Of a stretch of DNA of 43,141 nucleotides, positions 21,901 through 29,130 are shown piece after piece (position 1 is the first letter of the stretch; each line of letters begins with the position of its first letter). The translations under genes and the position numbers were made by a program. The notes under the pieces were generated by a model. The model did not search any database. It saw only the letters and a list, made by a program, of their open reading frames with translations, and had not been told where the DNA came from. Origin of the DNA: a virus (taxonomy: Duplodnaviria; Caudoviricetes); the IMG/VR virus record IMGVR_UViG_3300005077_000074, positions 1 to 43,141 of that record; one strand, given 5' to 3'.

Positions 21901-22478
21901 TTGACACCCGCACCGACAAGCCTCGCGCCACTGGCAGCAACACCACCGGCAGCCATCGTCGGGGCGCTCTGGATCATCTGACCAACAAACTGGCCAGCGA
22001 TCCTCGCGCCAGTGCCTGGGAGGATTGATTCCTGGAGTGCAAGCCGCTCTTCCTGGACCGCGCCAAACTCGTCAGCGATCAGGCCGGATATGTCGGCAAT
22101 GTCCTTTGCGGTCTTGCTGACCTTCTCAGCGATTGGCTCAGTGACACGCGGGGAGATGTTGGAGCTGATGCGGCTTGGGATGTCGGAGATGATGTTCGCC
22201 CCGAGCTGAACCGCACGCCCAACCCCCTTGAAGAACCCGTGCGACCCTGCTTCAGCCTGCAAACCAATGGATAGGCCGGTCTGACCCTTGCCCTGAAGAG
22301 CCTTACGCTTCTCCTCTCGGAGGTTCCTTCGGCGCTCCTGCCTGCTGAGGCTGTCGAGCTCAGGACTCTTTGAGAATGAATCGAGAGCCCTGTTCCAGCC
22401 CTCGTCGGTGAGAAGATCCTCTGGGGCCAACGGCCGCAGTGTGGGATCAAGTGCGGTGGGATCGACTATGTTTGGCAT
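9909..22478 (-). CDS. Giant (4189 aa) internal virion / DNA-ejection polyvalent protein
   Basis: Single 12.57 kb ORF following the ejection-type genes, TAATG-coupled. It has Gly/Ala hydrophobic N-terminal helices with EGGEEGADE, a zincin-like EEIAH...DEFFA segment and a helical C-terminus. Confidence 0.85.
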   Translation of the reverse strand: MPNIVDPTALDPTLRPLAPEDLLTDEGWNRALDSFSKSPELDSLSRQERRRNLREEKRKALQGKGQTGLSIGLQAEAGSHGFFKGVGRAVQLGANIISDIPSRISSNISPRVTEPIAEKVSKTAKDIADISGLIADEFGAVQEERLALQESILPGTGARIAGQFVGQMIQSAPTMAAGGVAASGARLVGAGVNAASNIGLVASSVFGGMQSGGETYDSAIKKFEPIYGKEKAEKLARIPSLSAAASTALWTMAFGKTGIESSLVTKAPKGFIKGVVGRMMKQFNLEGGEEGADEITQAVLARLQYDPDMTPEQAAEQAIFAYALGGVLGGTVEGGKIGLEKLAERAEKKAKEQEEEAKKRWTDSNRESTFLWMAEKERAAGEYGKELGVHLKKFNETFDNFEAGQATQEEVDAALQELNQRSAEISVSAPLFSQKDLDDMKAGRLLPVTRPAAPAAPQPARFAHVPDYPAELRPKAEPSTPPGEQKAAGDTPVSPTGGEGEQQILSQESQVKGAQNPIAAAEEIAKKEVVQNEEERVQEGGQEVAPAQTPTLEQDIARFQEIYSELEKINERIGALPPGPEYAKRADEILAEAAKLRVEQEEIKNRHKGMPPSAEPVTEPVTEAPEVPAVAAGAANVIRGTSQSLEETFNEIVTVQMRESSSAGAEELLGLSREIDAQASVIASADTGSASEDELQVLRKDLQKKGKAIKEKVRKLWGSKYPDASRRLQQAIGRKVAVQKVPPKAPQRPKRIKQPEAVDVIDPTPENIEALAKKVVATGGESLNQAENNLVGKLYISFPELHAKYLARIKELKASVAAQAAPAAPTAPPAAESASPPAPAPAVAPITEVQKAEDTVAIVGAVTPPVVPDLKEKSGPTLTKAQAEELDKAGRLQQTQGFDWGKDPEIHWIPELQVFTRVKSPDIKPLTPEQVRMRELEAEMAKLLGRVNMSVLGPLNPKLMAVTAEWAYNYLKDTGLRRFVPFAKAMVEKWGREIKAYLKPAYFDAKKKLSGNTEDYDEPDAVDGMVDREDYVGGQGVVTVEHTDATMPALPEQFLYTENQEFQEIAASLWSAIHTWYAQNPGAIQPSPPIAAMIVDIPYLNNPALKTHRNFTRETYDKLLDAYMKANVDGKVLGRGSLTVDEQNIADDSRQRPKVANLGDWLKMVPNHMAHHPAAAVGRHLIKTEEDVHESIQEMRRSALKAHQASKKEGRQDLIDSYAKKIGFIQSAIEAATGQGKTGEILIRGDTGYSPNPEIKNLNVDFISLAKETPDQARANLGRPFIPRSATVNRMPVVTTMRTAMLEQMAVDDPEGAISRSRDMRLSEAEMAYLGTLVEELKPKADRYVSSDMRQRAREVAKRYGYRPKAESDKAPSEVGYPKLLDAPKGLPTGDRLYRTVHRLRSGARTIAIETSRYENNTPFMRQVVKLMIDTIKPITPAEAATEDHIIETKNGKFVRIIGFYPILAEESRIGLLRALSSTPDPDYISVPVSNRRRVRYRKVDKPLDTMFMDVTPADITSLTEDDLDTVISYIDHLEMTDATKLLLANFDWDVSNRGYQVKSKKPGVSRDEGIAEIDYIRTQPKFVSQMLNLRPNSLIGPVYQSSNGAYYRNVSIPGIVKEMPIPVVQSSSLDEVYARFIGAVADAITVKVAFVRVRQKMGIPTAKVILSEGMPTIEAEVVFSEGAPVMVKHEDRETLGVVVAVRKLPIARIDRGLGRNAVVGIKTEKTFYDIRIEEPDADGKPKVLKNMPANSLKPEKVVEGAEPDWLNKRVLISKPSKKGLTPEIFDGEPFRENILYGVPLRYWWLASQTVSAKETSTARKDILKILSTLEQGELVRLLENLGYKKLQQVARLGSKAMTQEEQLAAKQSGDVIARGSQRPDTIPMRLWGNWTDLSQTMQKARKTELSNMVIDRVAELYGVIQEVTHANLRIKGYANRSVMAAQRVSEEGIDIRSEVGRLEKQIKDQQNRPPSQNPRLTEAIESTLLPERHYNMSSGERVPGPMRYRLLAYGTFDNSRWKPDAKTIDAVVRMPVGKILVGVKQAGQQFTAKMTPEEAAEAGLKTVYGIPVDAFLAIEGGEAKIMAETPSGYRTIYFVALETLPSQIAQEVEHVIPEDVTGGDPMTVKAWYLDPDAILNSGYDSEGHSLWNQRDPDAKDFLSIEDYKKLRGEKLPDTALPELATKAEIEASRQASEILPSDIEAIIEKLLKTEGGRAVYNKMEDTDPFEDDPWEDILQELSDVMIPGWDKLTESPVIQAKMEALETLLEDYRGAMASKSGRSSAISQDAPSSASANQSLFGKRVQGKQAIREMIDRVDNGFTDEARASALKFIDSLPEALLADLTFEMVKGPRIGKDSKIHYAGTFSHAYRLARVVAGSRNITATAEEIAHAIARFLPEEHANKVESMRMSALTSILENPDSPVAARQFAEWIMNHGGAVTSEQFMLEQRISWADYYPLINTDEFFAHNLTDAGMRANTDSGIKGAVQWIHGFLRDLINAVKAWMGEYGAQKDRYFDRLMRSFSDGDFTISANGGYLSEVNAFTDIGAVGIGFTPNRVRKISEFGGRRNRTEVGTSLMGASFNLSKLMSNIESRWLASGMQLNSMASKMIGVLNVTETVQAVRDLFNVSGAEYSAAKASMSSSHLRNQMALGAMGAIQTFERRLEISRRKLANALKDIASDKFARLVKDAQTRRAKVWDLETLGVEVDRQLQLAVKAALDLAKMKGEQHAQYQRLMSEAKWIERYRGYSSGIAQAMIRITNRIAGTPEGAGLLMGDETMVPGEILNAYMAQHPTEEEMQVETHILEGAAWALARLARIRHGLLAMSFEGDQAVLGSIPGMAAKIASDLTKTRNIQAVRRIFSLDRKTVTNLEKAKFLLMNRERRINRISNRLEALEQAVQFGEEMMADEGYRAFRKTVSDDVGERVVPNAWKSVGFPKWGENMEFPLPISGGTITANLQSDLDSMSGEQAKALKALLEIEQWLGRPENQGDMAVPYFRHWAEFLKNFADCNGMTEFSKNYNCFGMGWLANIANKGTQIIDGIIRQYGNRMTVFMNYALRGWRDSYLAMAKWGEDWGKPVRNATFRAAQSHAAEIEVKEPSLAVDQWYTMVGRELFALNNNNWDLKAGDELPSNGVVITKEDMELLELQSKAVDAAMQIDVTQGRSVMIDPALIQDMWVPGLGKYYRKALKLYKHMLPRSFNRAAIDFTKTYYNEGIKNGSVQDKRRLLDPYLHDAVSSWLRDRSEDFTTKSALEDIYAIAADDIRDGKIKNMVELEAFFDANIPQATIEGEEVEDAPKGSEVFYAEFDRTVSKVYKRAVMPMEASAASKSILTSFEFENSFTLGRGVRIAPYWWYDYGFKSDADIINFGLNGSSFYLSQVLTGMKSAVSALQSRKAKMIQEVAGISKETGKQEVSATQELKKRQAARVRSGKETATIDEIDHLINGLQGSITQLERTFVPGGRVFEDDMQPLYRVFGVLLGGLIAAPFTSMRNWHQGGFGFNGQRLHAITGSLTHSYGLAGWEVMKQTLAALTWGPAAAVVAIVRKSRPGASAFKHLRKGEIKEALKALNPASKKFEFDLLGNVLPEFTRLLFEKCRHYKEMERRGLMIPMNLTEKLESIITSPQTMGLISSREAITFDKDSKWQEAGLKNLAAFAKLAGKHATGYLEFQLALLRYTMPRYGDMAANVAGFNASLGAINHLESHLRKRYLQMKESGAEVRRFDQLTPNETLPPWWGGDSKDQSALNMLMYWFNHAGMDLAVSVNDFFDRLDQAGGNIRDVRWLTDEQRFNLAQSHIEELNVATPTNRPLKAREGIISRLVYFLMGWRLNMLSNQAYWMGMPVKREGRGAGGRVKDVTTALVMHNLMFIMSSLVAAGLFGEEMYEAAARAWARYVHGEERSSRHFWEANTGWGKVKEAATAAATIIPYVDMLANMTLNDQPSRRSLGVALPVQNVGLAWLNYAAGVANTRDITYGLDSVLKTVMPGPSRVAFNSLPAYKGSIYATGAQRLLSRYGDTDLLKEAKQMSVQMSGTLATTLTPYANRMVNAAMNQDHTSLMRWYEEAVKRAKEERQIDDMAARKLVRQLYTSRNPYRRTFQESLTYEQRVRILGRMSDSERAHVLAVEELLARGATSIGTQMTFYEEQRQPETKFGGSSSGGRTRLSKALGGGGTKILQGRLSRPLTRRLRALSY
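20195..20530 (-). CDS. HNH-family zinc-finger endonuclease nested in the +1 frame of the giant gene (111 aa)
   Basis: CKC...CLACH finger and CESCG...[23 protein letters not shown] motif; GGAGG 9 nt upstream of ATG 20530; TAG stop at 20195-20197. Confidence 0.85.
   Translation of the reverse strand: [111 protein letters not shown]
20610..20638. repeat. 12-bp tandem repeat (2.4 copies) encoding AEPVTEPVTE
   Basis: ctcagtaaccgg ctcagtaaccgg ctcag read directly. Confidence 0.85.
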
Positions 22479-23821
22479 TATGGACCTCGCAGCTCATCCA
22501 TCTTCCTACGATAGACAGCTGTCAAGGCCGCATGTAATGCGGATTCGTTGGTGTGAAGCGGCTGGCCAGTCTCGTCGCGCAACGTCAGGAGACGCTGATA
22601 GTTTCGAGCAGCCTCGATCCTCTCATCCCTTGAAAGATCGATAGGCTTACCGTCGATCATCAAGCCGCCGTTCATGACTTTCACCCCCACAGGCTGTCCA
22701 GCTTCAGTGACATTCATTCCAGCCCCACTGCCTGGACGCCTCGCAGTGACGATATCGTCGATCGTCACCGGGGCTGAGGACGAAGTCGTCGGCATACCTG
22801 ATACGTCTGGGGCTGCAGCAGGGGCAGCACCCCCGCCACCCGTAGTGGATCCAGGAGGCGGAGGTGCCTGATTTTGCCCCGATGCCGGTTGCGTGACTGA
22901 CCCTCCGAAAGTGATTGCGGGCTTGAAGATGTTTTCGAGTGGATCATGCCGAATAGCCCCAATCATGTCAGGGTTCATCCTGCCCATGACAGCAAGAACT
23001 GCCGTATCGTAATCATTCCGCGCCTTCTCAAGGGCTAGCTTCTTTTGGAGATCGCGGGATTGACCTGGAACAAATGGAAGATCCAGCAGATTTGGAAGCT
23101 GAACATTGCCAAGCCACGGAACCCAAGCCTGCCTTGGATTACTTTCGGGCATGGCCTTCGCGACACTAAGCGCCTCCCTCTCTCTGGCTGTCTGCGCGTT
23201 GAGGTGGCTAGCCATGTTGCCGACCTGCTCCATCGCCTGACGGTTACTCTCCCTGATGCCTTGAGACAGCGCAATCATTCTGGACCTGATACCAGGATCG
23301 GTCACGTTCTCCATCGCCTTCTCTACAGCCTCAGGCGTAACCCTGCCGTTGTCAGCCTCACGAAGAAGTAGCTCGTAGGTGTCCTGATCGCGCTTCAGGG
23401 CTGCAGCCTGCTCTTTCTCCTGTGCAGCTATTGCAGCTTGCTGCTCTCTCCAGTTTCGATCCTCCTCTTTCCTGATCCTTTCGGCTTCACGGAGTGTCTC
23501 CTGGCGCTTTCCTTCAACTGCGAGATCACCTTGGTTGCGCAGACTTTGAACATCAAGCGCCGAAGCGGCCCTGGCTGCCATCTCCTCCCGAGTAAGCGCA
23601 GCCTCTTGCGAACGGCGCTCTCGATCGAGCATGAGGGCCTGGGCGAGCTCTGTCTGCTGAAGTTTGGCGGCTTGGTTTGCACGGCGAATGTTCTCAACGA
23701 AGGCAGCTGCCCGCATGAGATTTTCAATACCCTGCTGGGCGGAGGCGGCACGCTGGCCAGACCACGCCTGATCTCGCGCAGCCAGCGAGTCAACGCTACC
23801 GCCATAGACGTATCCTGCCAT
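22478..23821 (-). CDS. Putative internal virion/ejection protein (coiled-coil)
   Basis: 447-aa Ala/Gln/Glu/Arg-rich helical ORF immediately upstream of the giant gene. Confidence 0.7.
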   Translation of the reverse strand: MAGYVYGGSVDSLAARDQAWSGQRAASAQQGIENLMRAAAFVENIRRANQAAKLQQTELAQALMLDRERRSQEAALTREEMAARAASALDVQSLRNQGDLAVEGKRQETLREAERIRKEEDRNWREQQAAIAAQEKEQAAALKRDQDTYELLLREADNGRVTPEAVEKAMENVTDPGIRSRMIALSQGIRESNRQAMEQVGNMASHLNAQTAREREALSVAKAMPESNPRQAWVPWLGNVQLPNLLDLPFVPGQSRDLQKKLALEKARNDYDTAVLAVMGRMNPDMIGAIRHDPLENIFKPAITFGGSVTQPASGQNQAPPPPGSTTGGGGAAPAAAPDVSGMPTTSSSAPVTIDDIVTARRPGSGAGMNVTEAGQPVGVKVMNGGLMIDGKPIDLSRDERIEAARNYQRLLTLRDETGQPLHTNESALHAALTAVYRRKMDELRGP

Positions 23822-23822
23822 C

Positions 23823-24833
23823 TCAGTATCCTAATGCCATGGCCCTTTGCTGAGGGAAAGACATGGACGACCAGTCGTTGGACATTGGCATGTTGTACGA
23901 GATGCCAAGCCCGCTGGCATACCCGCCGCCAGGGCTCGATGAAGGAGGAGGAGACGAGAGACTGTATCCAACCCCAAGACCGTCCGCATAACCGCCAGAC
24001 GGAGCAACGCTTGGGACGGGACCGAAATTACTTGCCGGTGTCCTGACGGCACCACCGCCACCGCCGCCCATTCCACCGCCGCCAGCCATCCCGTAAACAG
24101 ACCCGGCGATCGAAGCCAGCTGTCCGATGGTGTGCCAGAACTCATCATCAGCGTCAGCAGCTTTCTCAAGACCGCTGCGCTCACGATAGAGGGAGTAGAA
24201 CTTGTTGGCCTCGTCCATCTGCATGAGCTGAGCGAGGGCGCTTGCCGGGATGCCGCGAAGCGCTGCGCTGACAGTGGTTGGCATCCCCTCAACGGAAGAA
24301 AGTGTCTGGAGCGCACCCGCTCCGGTTCCTAGATTTCCGAGCTTTGCAGCCATCACCCTAAGGTAGTCGTCGCGTGCAAGCTGGGAGTCCTCCAGCGCCG
24401 TGCGATCTGCCAGCTCGCCGGTCAGGCGGGCTTCCATCAGGTCTCGGTAGGACGATCGCCCCGGCAGCCCGGTTGCCGCAGCGTAGGCCTTGTCCCTGGC
24501 GGCAGCCCTGGCAAGCTCCCGCTGGAGAGCCTGCATCCTGGCCTGGGACGTCGACATCCTGAGGGCGTCCAGGTCTGACTGGAATCCGCCACCGTAGATG
24601 TCGCTGACGGTGTCGAGTCCGGAGTGGATCTGGGACCGGACCTGCGGAGCGGTGGAGGAGAATTCCCGCAGGAACCTTGAGATGCTGTCCTCGCTGGCCT
24701 GGGCCGTGTCCAGGTTGGCTTTGATCAGCGGATCGATCTGGCTCTGTACGGCCTGATTCTTGATGACCGTCTTTAGCTTCAGATCGGGCTCATCACTGCC
24801 CGTCCCAAGTTGTGCTACACGAAGAAAGCCCAC
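23823..24833 (-). CDS. Putative DNA pilot/ejection protein
   Basis: GGAGG 5 nt before the GTG start; Ala-rich helical body and a Gly-rich hydrophobic segment (IGQLASIAGSVYGMAGGGG). Confidence 0.7.
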   Translation of the reverse strand: MGFLRVAQLGTGSDEPDLKLKTVIKNQAVQSQIDPLIKANLDTAQASEDSISRFLREFSSTAPQVRSQIHSGLDTVSDIYGGGFQSDLDALRMSTSQARMQALQRELARAAARDKAYAAATGLPGRSSYRDLMEARLTGELADRTALEDSQLARDDYLRVMAAKLGNLGTGAGALQTLSSVEGMPTTVSAALRGIPASALAQLMQMDEANKFYSLYRERSGLEKAADADDEFWHTIGQLASIAGSVYGMAGGGGMGGGGGGAVRTPASNFGPVPSVAPSGGYADGLGVGYSLSSPPPSSSPGGGYASGLGISYNMPMSNDWSSMSFPQQRAMALGY

Positions 24834-24844
24834 GTAGGCCTCCG

Positions 24845-25021
24845 TTAATTCGCGCCGTCGGTTTCATTGCCCTTGCGCGTCCAGGGCCTTCCGTTGGTGT
24901 GATACTTGGCGTCGCCGCCGCCGCTCTTCGGTCTCGAATTGGACAGCTGCGGCTTGGCTTCGTAGTCGCGGGTCTTGAACTTCTGAACGTTTTGGGAGGT
25001 TCCACCAAAGGTTGATTTCAT
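24845..25021 (-). CDS. Small basic hypothetical protein
   Basis: ORF MKSTFGGTSQNVQKFK... filling the operon gap. Confidence 0.55.
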   Translation of the reverse strand: MKSTFGGTSQNVQKFKTRDYEAKPQLSNSRPKSGGGDAKYHTNGRPWTRKGNETDGAN

Positions 25022-25136
25022 AGCATCAGGCTTTCTGGTTGGCCCAGATCTAATCAAAAGTGAACACCTTACAGCCGAAATATCAAGCCCTTACAAACCA
25101 AGGCGGCGCACGCAGCGGCAACATGAGACAACTGTG

Positions 25137-25331
25137 TCACAAATCCTCAGGGTCAATCTCCGATGCGTTTCTTATCCTCTCATTCCACTGCTGGATGTCC
25201 TCGTTGAACTGCCTGAGCTCTGGAAACCTCTTAACGAAAGACTCTGGGAGCTGCGGGGGATCCGGCCAGAGATCAGTCCTGATCTTCTGCCTGACTCTCC
25301 CGAGCCGCCTGACTTGAGACTCCATGCTCAT
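25137..25331 (-). CDS. Small hypothetical protein
   Basis: ATGA coupling to the upstream gene at 25328-25331; MSMESQVRR...PEDL. Confidence 0.6.
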   Translation of the reverse strand: MSMESQVRRLGRVRQKIRTDLWPDPPQLPESFVKRFPELRQFNEDIQQWNERIRNASEIDPEDL

Positions 25332-27721
25332 TCCACTTTTGACGTTACGATGTTCGCCCTGCTGAAGCACGCGGACCCGCCAGTCCCGCCAATCATGATG
25401 CGCCAGCCATAGAACCGGCCGCGCCTCACAGCTGGCCAATACGCGAAGCTGTCCCTGCGCAGCCCCTCGTCCTCGCGCTCGTCATCCGAATAGTCGCTAA
25501 AGCAAGAAAGGCTGATTGCCTCGGTGAGAGTGTCGCAGTCGTCGTCGTAGAACTTGAGCTGCTCCCAATCGATACACTCTGGCGACGGCCCGGTTCCGAT
25601 GTAGCCGTAGATGTAATTCGGGGTCGTCTGCACAGCAGCAGTGCCAGACATGGCAAATGACCTGATCTTTTTGTCATCATCGATCCCCTCGTCAGACAGA
25701 CCGGATTCAAGGATGGTGTCGTAACCGTTCAGAACATACGCCCCACCTTCCAGCTCTTCACGGTAAAAAGCTGAGTCCGCATACTCCTTGAGCGCCTTGT
25801 CCGTCGATGAAGCCATGACGAACCTTGAGAGAGTGTCGCACTTCTCGCAGATGTCCCTCAGCCAAATGTCCTCGATGGCAGCGCAGAGCGAATCCGAAGA
25901 CGGGGCGAGGTTCTCATCCTCGGTGGGGTTAAGGATGCACTGCACCGGATCGTCGAACGTGTCGCTCTCCAGCGTGTATGGAGGCCCCTCCTTGGAAAGG
26001 CCGGTGAGGGTCTCGGACCTCTCGCAAACCTGCAGGTCCTCAAGCCACTCCATAACCGACTTCTGCCTCCGCCCGTCAAACCAGTGGAAGGCATTGAACC
26101 CGGAGTCAACGAAATCAACCCCCTCCTCTCCGGGGCTCACGTTGATTACCATGGACATGTTCGCGCAGGTGTTCGATCCGGTAGGCCAGCTGAACCATAC
26201 CTCTTTCTGCTGCGGATTGAACCCGCCAACAAAGTTGTGGCATGCGTCCTGGTTCAGCCCAGAGAAAGAGAATTCCTCGGATGACAGACCTTCGAATATC
26301 GAGTTGCTGCACAGCCTCAGGACCAGGGGCTCCTGCGGGCGCTTGTCCATGCTGGTCATCTTGACGAGCCTGTTCTGCGACCAGTAGTAGTGCGCCTCCC
26401 CGGTGTTCGCGAACGCGAACTTGTACTGCAGCGATCCCTCCTCACCCCTGAAGATCTCCTCGAACAGGAACGATGCGCTTCCGGACGTTTGGACAAGAGC
26501 TGCCCGGTAGATCGCCTTGTCGGTGTAAATGAAGAGGTAGTCGTTCAGGCCTTCAATCCTTAGGATGGTCTCGTCAGTGGAAAGATCCTGGAACCCGGCA
26601 AGGTTGTCATCATCCGGAATCCATGTGTAAGGATCCCCATAATCGGACCACAGGATCCTGTTCCTGCGCCTTGCCCCGTCCTGATAGACGTCAGCCAGGA
26701 ACGCGAACTCCTTCCATGCGCCAACAACTCCAGCCGACAGAACGTTGAGGGTTTCAAGGTCATCGATGACACTCGCCCTCCAGGCAGCGCAGCCCGAAGG
26801 AGTGGAGAGCGGGTTGTAAGCCATCACCGAATTGTAGTCGTTGGTCAGAACCATCACGTTGCCAACCACAGCGCCCATCCAGCGCTCCTGCGGGCAAGAG
26901 TCGCAGTCTTCACTGGAGTCCAGGCTGCTTCCCATTCCGTCTGCAACTATCCTCCAGTTGCCGAAGTTCTGGTTGAACGCGTACAGCCTGCTCTTCGTTC
27001 CGGCAACCAGCGTCCTGTCGCCATCCGGAGACCCGATCGATCCAAGGAACGTGATGTGCTCCTTGCAAGTCTCGTGATAGTACGGATAGCTCCCGCAGTA
27101 CGAGTAGACATAGGACTGGTCCTGGGTGAACACCGGGGACGGGTCACCGAACTCATACGCCTCAACGAACTGCCCGTCGTGATACGTCGCATATAGCAAC
27201 CGGAACCAGGAATACGCCCAATAGTCAGGAGCAGGCCCAACGCACGGATCGTCGTAGGGGTAGTCGGCGTGAATCTCCTCATACGGGTAGCCAACGAAGT
27301 ATGGGTCCTCGATGCCGTATCCGTCGAAGATCGGGAAGTCGTAAACCCCGGCGAAGTCGGGGGCGTATCCACAGATCGTGTCGACGAAGGTAAAGTCGAT
27401 CCTGGACGGATCGTCAATGCCGGGGGAGAAATACGGGTAGACGTAGCCCGTCAGCTGGCCTGGGATGAAGAACTCCTTGCTCAGGCCCTGGTAGTAAAAG
27501 CTGAGCCCGAGAAGCTGGTCGTGCAGGTCCTCGTTGTTGTAGTCGTCGTTCACCCCGGAATAGAACTTGGACCACCCGCCGCGCCTGCACCGCTTGTTCC
27601 TGCCACGGATCGATGCATTCAGGACCACCCTGAAGTTTTCGATCCCAACCTCGTCAGGCTGAGATCGAGTGTCCAGGTAGCCAGCCAACCCCTTGACCCT
27701 TTTGTCCTTCCAGGAGGCCAT
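25328..27721 (-). CDS. Putative tail tubular protein B / nozzle (P22 gp10-, T7 gp12-like position)
   Basis: 797-aa beta-rich protein with RILWSDYGDPYTW and LFIYTDKAIY propeller-like motifs; synteny with the capsid and ejection genes. Confidence 0.65.
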   Translation of the reverse strand: MASWKDKRVKGLAGYLDTRSQPDEVGIENFRVVLNASIRGRNKRCRRGGWSKFYSGVNDDYNNEDLHDQLLGLSFYYQGLSKEFFIPGQLTGYVYPYFSPGIDDPSRIDFTFVDTICGYAPDFAGVYDFPIFDGYGIEDPYFVGYPYEEIHADYPYDDPCVGPAPDYWAYSWFRLLYATYHDGQFVEAYEFGDPSPVFTQDQSYVYSYCGSYPYYHETCKEHITFLGSIGSPDGDRTLVAGTKSRLYAFNQNFGNWRIVADGMGSSLDSSEDCDSCPQERWMGAVVGNVMVLTNDYNSVMAYNPLSTPSGCAAWRASVIDDLETLNVLSAGVVGAWKEFAFLADVYQDGARRRNRILWSDYGDPYTWIPDDDNLAGFQDLSTDETILRIEGLNDYLFIYTDKAIYRAALVQTSGSASFLFEEIFRGEEGSLQYKFAFANTGEAHYYWSQNRLVKMTSMDKRPQEPLVLRLCSNSIFEGLSSEEFSFSGLNQDACHNFVGGFNPQQKEVWFSWPTGSNTCANMSMVINVSPGEEGVDFVDSGFNAFHWFDGRRQKSVMEWLEDLQVCERSETLTGLSKEGPPYTLESDTFDDPVQCILNPTEDENLAPSSDSLCAAIEDIWLRDICEKCDTLSRFVMASSTDKALKEYADSAFYREELEGGAYVLNGYDTILESGLSDEGIDDDKKIRSFAMSGTAAVQTTPNYIYGYIGTGPSPECIDWEQLKFYDDDCDTLTEAISLSCFSDYSDDEREDEGLRRDSFAYWPAVRRGRFYGWRIMIGGTGGSACFSRANIVTSKVE

Positions 27722-27725
27722 GTCT

Positions 27726-28403
27726 TTAGGTCTTGATGAGCTTCGTGGCGACGTAATACGGCTGCATGATGCTGACTTCGGTTGGGGAAGACTCGTCCTC
27801 GTCGGTAGCGATCACCACCTGCGGGAACGAATCAACATCGGCACCACCACCGCCAACACCGCCAGCACCAGCCTCGACCTCCTTCGGAGTGTAGAGGAAC
27901 CGCTGCGACGCCGGGTCAGCTTCGGTGCCTTCAGCCTGCGGGAAGGTCATCTCGTGCTGGTGAGCTGGCACTTGGTCAGTCGTGTCAGACCCGCCAGTGT
28001 TGCCAACATCGTAGGTTGCATTCGCCGGGTTCCAGCCAACCTCAACCCTTTCTCTTGAGTCCGGAAGGTTGAAAGTTGTGGTGAGATCACCAGCGCCCCA
28101 CCTTGTGCCGATCACCGAGAAGAGAGCAGAGTAGGTCGTCCTGCTCACAGCTCTCCCGTCGCAGATCAACCACCCGTCAGGAGCTGACGTGCCAGCGAAT
28201 CCGATGATTGCGCCGGTAGGGATGAGCTGCATGTCGTTCTTGAACTCCGAGGTCGGTAGGCCGTCCTCGCCGAACATGTAAGTCTGCTGATCGCAGAGAA
28301 GCTTTGGGAACGTGAAGAACACCTTCTTCGCTGCCGCGCAAGCGCCGGTCGACGGAGAGGGAACAACGTCGCAGAAATCAGATGGGACAACTGGTGATGG
28401 CAT
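27726..28403 (-). CDS. Phage tail-collar domain protein
   Basis: IPTGAIIGFAGTSAPDGWLICDGRAVSRTTYSALFSVIG...FNLPDSR and C-terminal MQPYYVATKLIKT. Confidence 0.9.
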   Translation of the reverse strand: MPSPVVPSDFCDVVPSPSTGACAAAKKVFFTFPKLLCDQQTYMFGEDGLPTSEFKNDMQLIPTGAIIGFAGTSAPDGWLICDGRAVSRTTYSALFSVIGTRWGAGDLTTTFNLPDSRERVEVGWNPANATYDVGNTGGSDTTDQVPAHQHEMTFPQAEGTEADPASQRFLYTPKEVEAGAGGVGGGGADVDSFPQVVIATDEDESSPTEVSIMQPYYVATKLIKT

Positions 28404-28404
28404 A

Positions 28405-29130
28405 TCAGACTCCAATCAGTGTGAGATCCTGGATCATGGCGCTGTAGTTCGCCGGTATGTTCCAGTCGATGTTAAGGCAATCCATGTATCCGTTAGACGG
28501 CTCATTCGGGGCTTCCGTTCCTCCGGTTGCGCTGAGCAGCGAGCACGTGAGCTCGTTTGCGATCATCAGCCCACCCTGAGCCAGGGACCTGACAACGGAT
28601 GCCGTCTTGATGTAATCCCTCCCGCCGCCAGTCTCGGTGTCAACCGCAGGAAGCGTTGTGATGTAATACTGCTGCTGGCCCCAGGTCCAATTCGGGGACG
28701 CCTTTGAGAACTCAACGCAGAACATCGGAGAGCTGATGGCGATATCACCCCTCGGAACAATCACCACATGACCGGAAAGCCCATCTGGCCCCGTGATTGA
28801 GCCAGCGACTTTCTTGCAGAACCTGACCGGGACAGCCCACGCGGCCGTCGTATAGGTGGTGACGCTCCCGAACGAAGACCCGAACTCGTAGCCGAATGCG
28901 TGGGCGTTCCCTGAGCCATACGGCTTCCCGTTCGCGCACACGCCAATGAAGACCACCGGGTTGGGCGACGGATTCGCTGATGGTCCGAAGATCATGAACC
29001 GAAACATCAACCGAATCCCGCTCCAGTAGTTCGAGATGGACAGAGGGCGGTATCGGCTGCCGCTTCCGGAAAGGTGGACGTGGATCCCTGACTCTCCGTG
29101 GTAGGTGTTGGCTGTTACGACATCGCTCAT
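28405..29130 (-). CDS. Beta-rich virion protein (possible receptor-binding), paralog of the next gene
   Basis: 241-aa ORF in the tail region; shares a motif pattern with 29127-29888. Confidence 0.6.
   Translation of the reverse strand: MSDVVTANTYHGESGIHVHLSGSGSRYRPLSISNYWSGIRLMFRFMIFGPSANPSPNPVVFIGVCANGKPYGSGNAHAFGYEFGSSFGSVTTYTTAAWAVPVRFCKKVAGSITGPDGLSGHVVIVPRGDIAISSPMFCVEFSKASPNWTWGQQQYYITTLPAVDTETGGGRDYIKTASVVRSLAQGGLMIANELTCSLLSATGGTEAPNEPSNGYMDCLNIDWNIPANYSAMIQDLTLIGV

Noticed and set aside
9909-22478. Giant ORF as an N4- or crAss-like virion RNA polymerase
   Set aside because: I found no DxDGD or other convincing polymerase motif by eye; size alone is not evidence.
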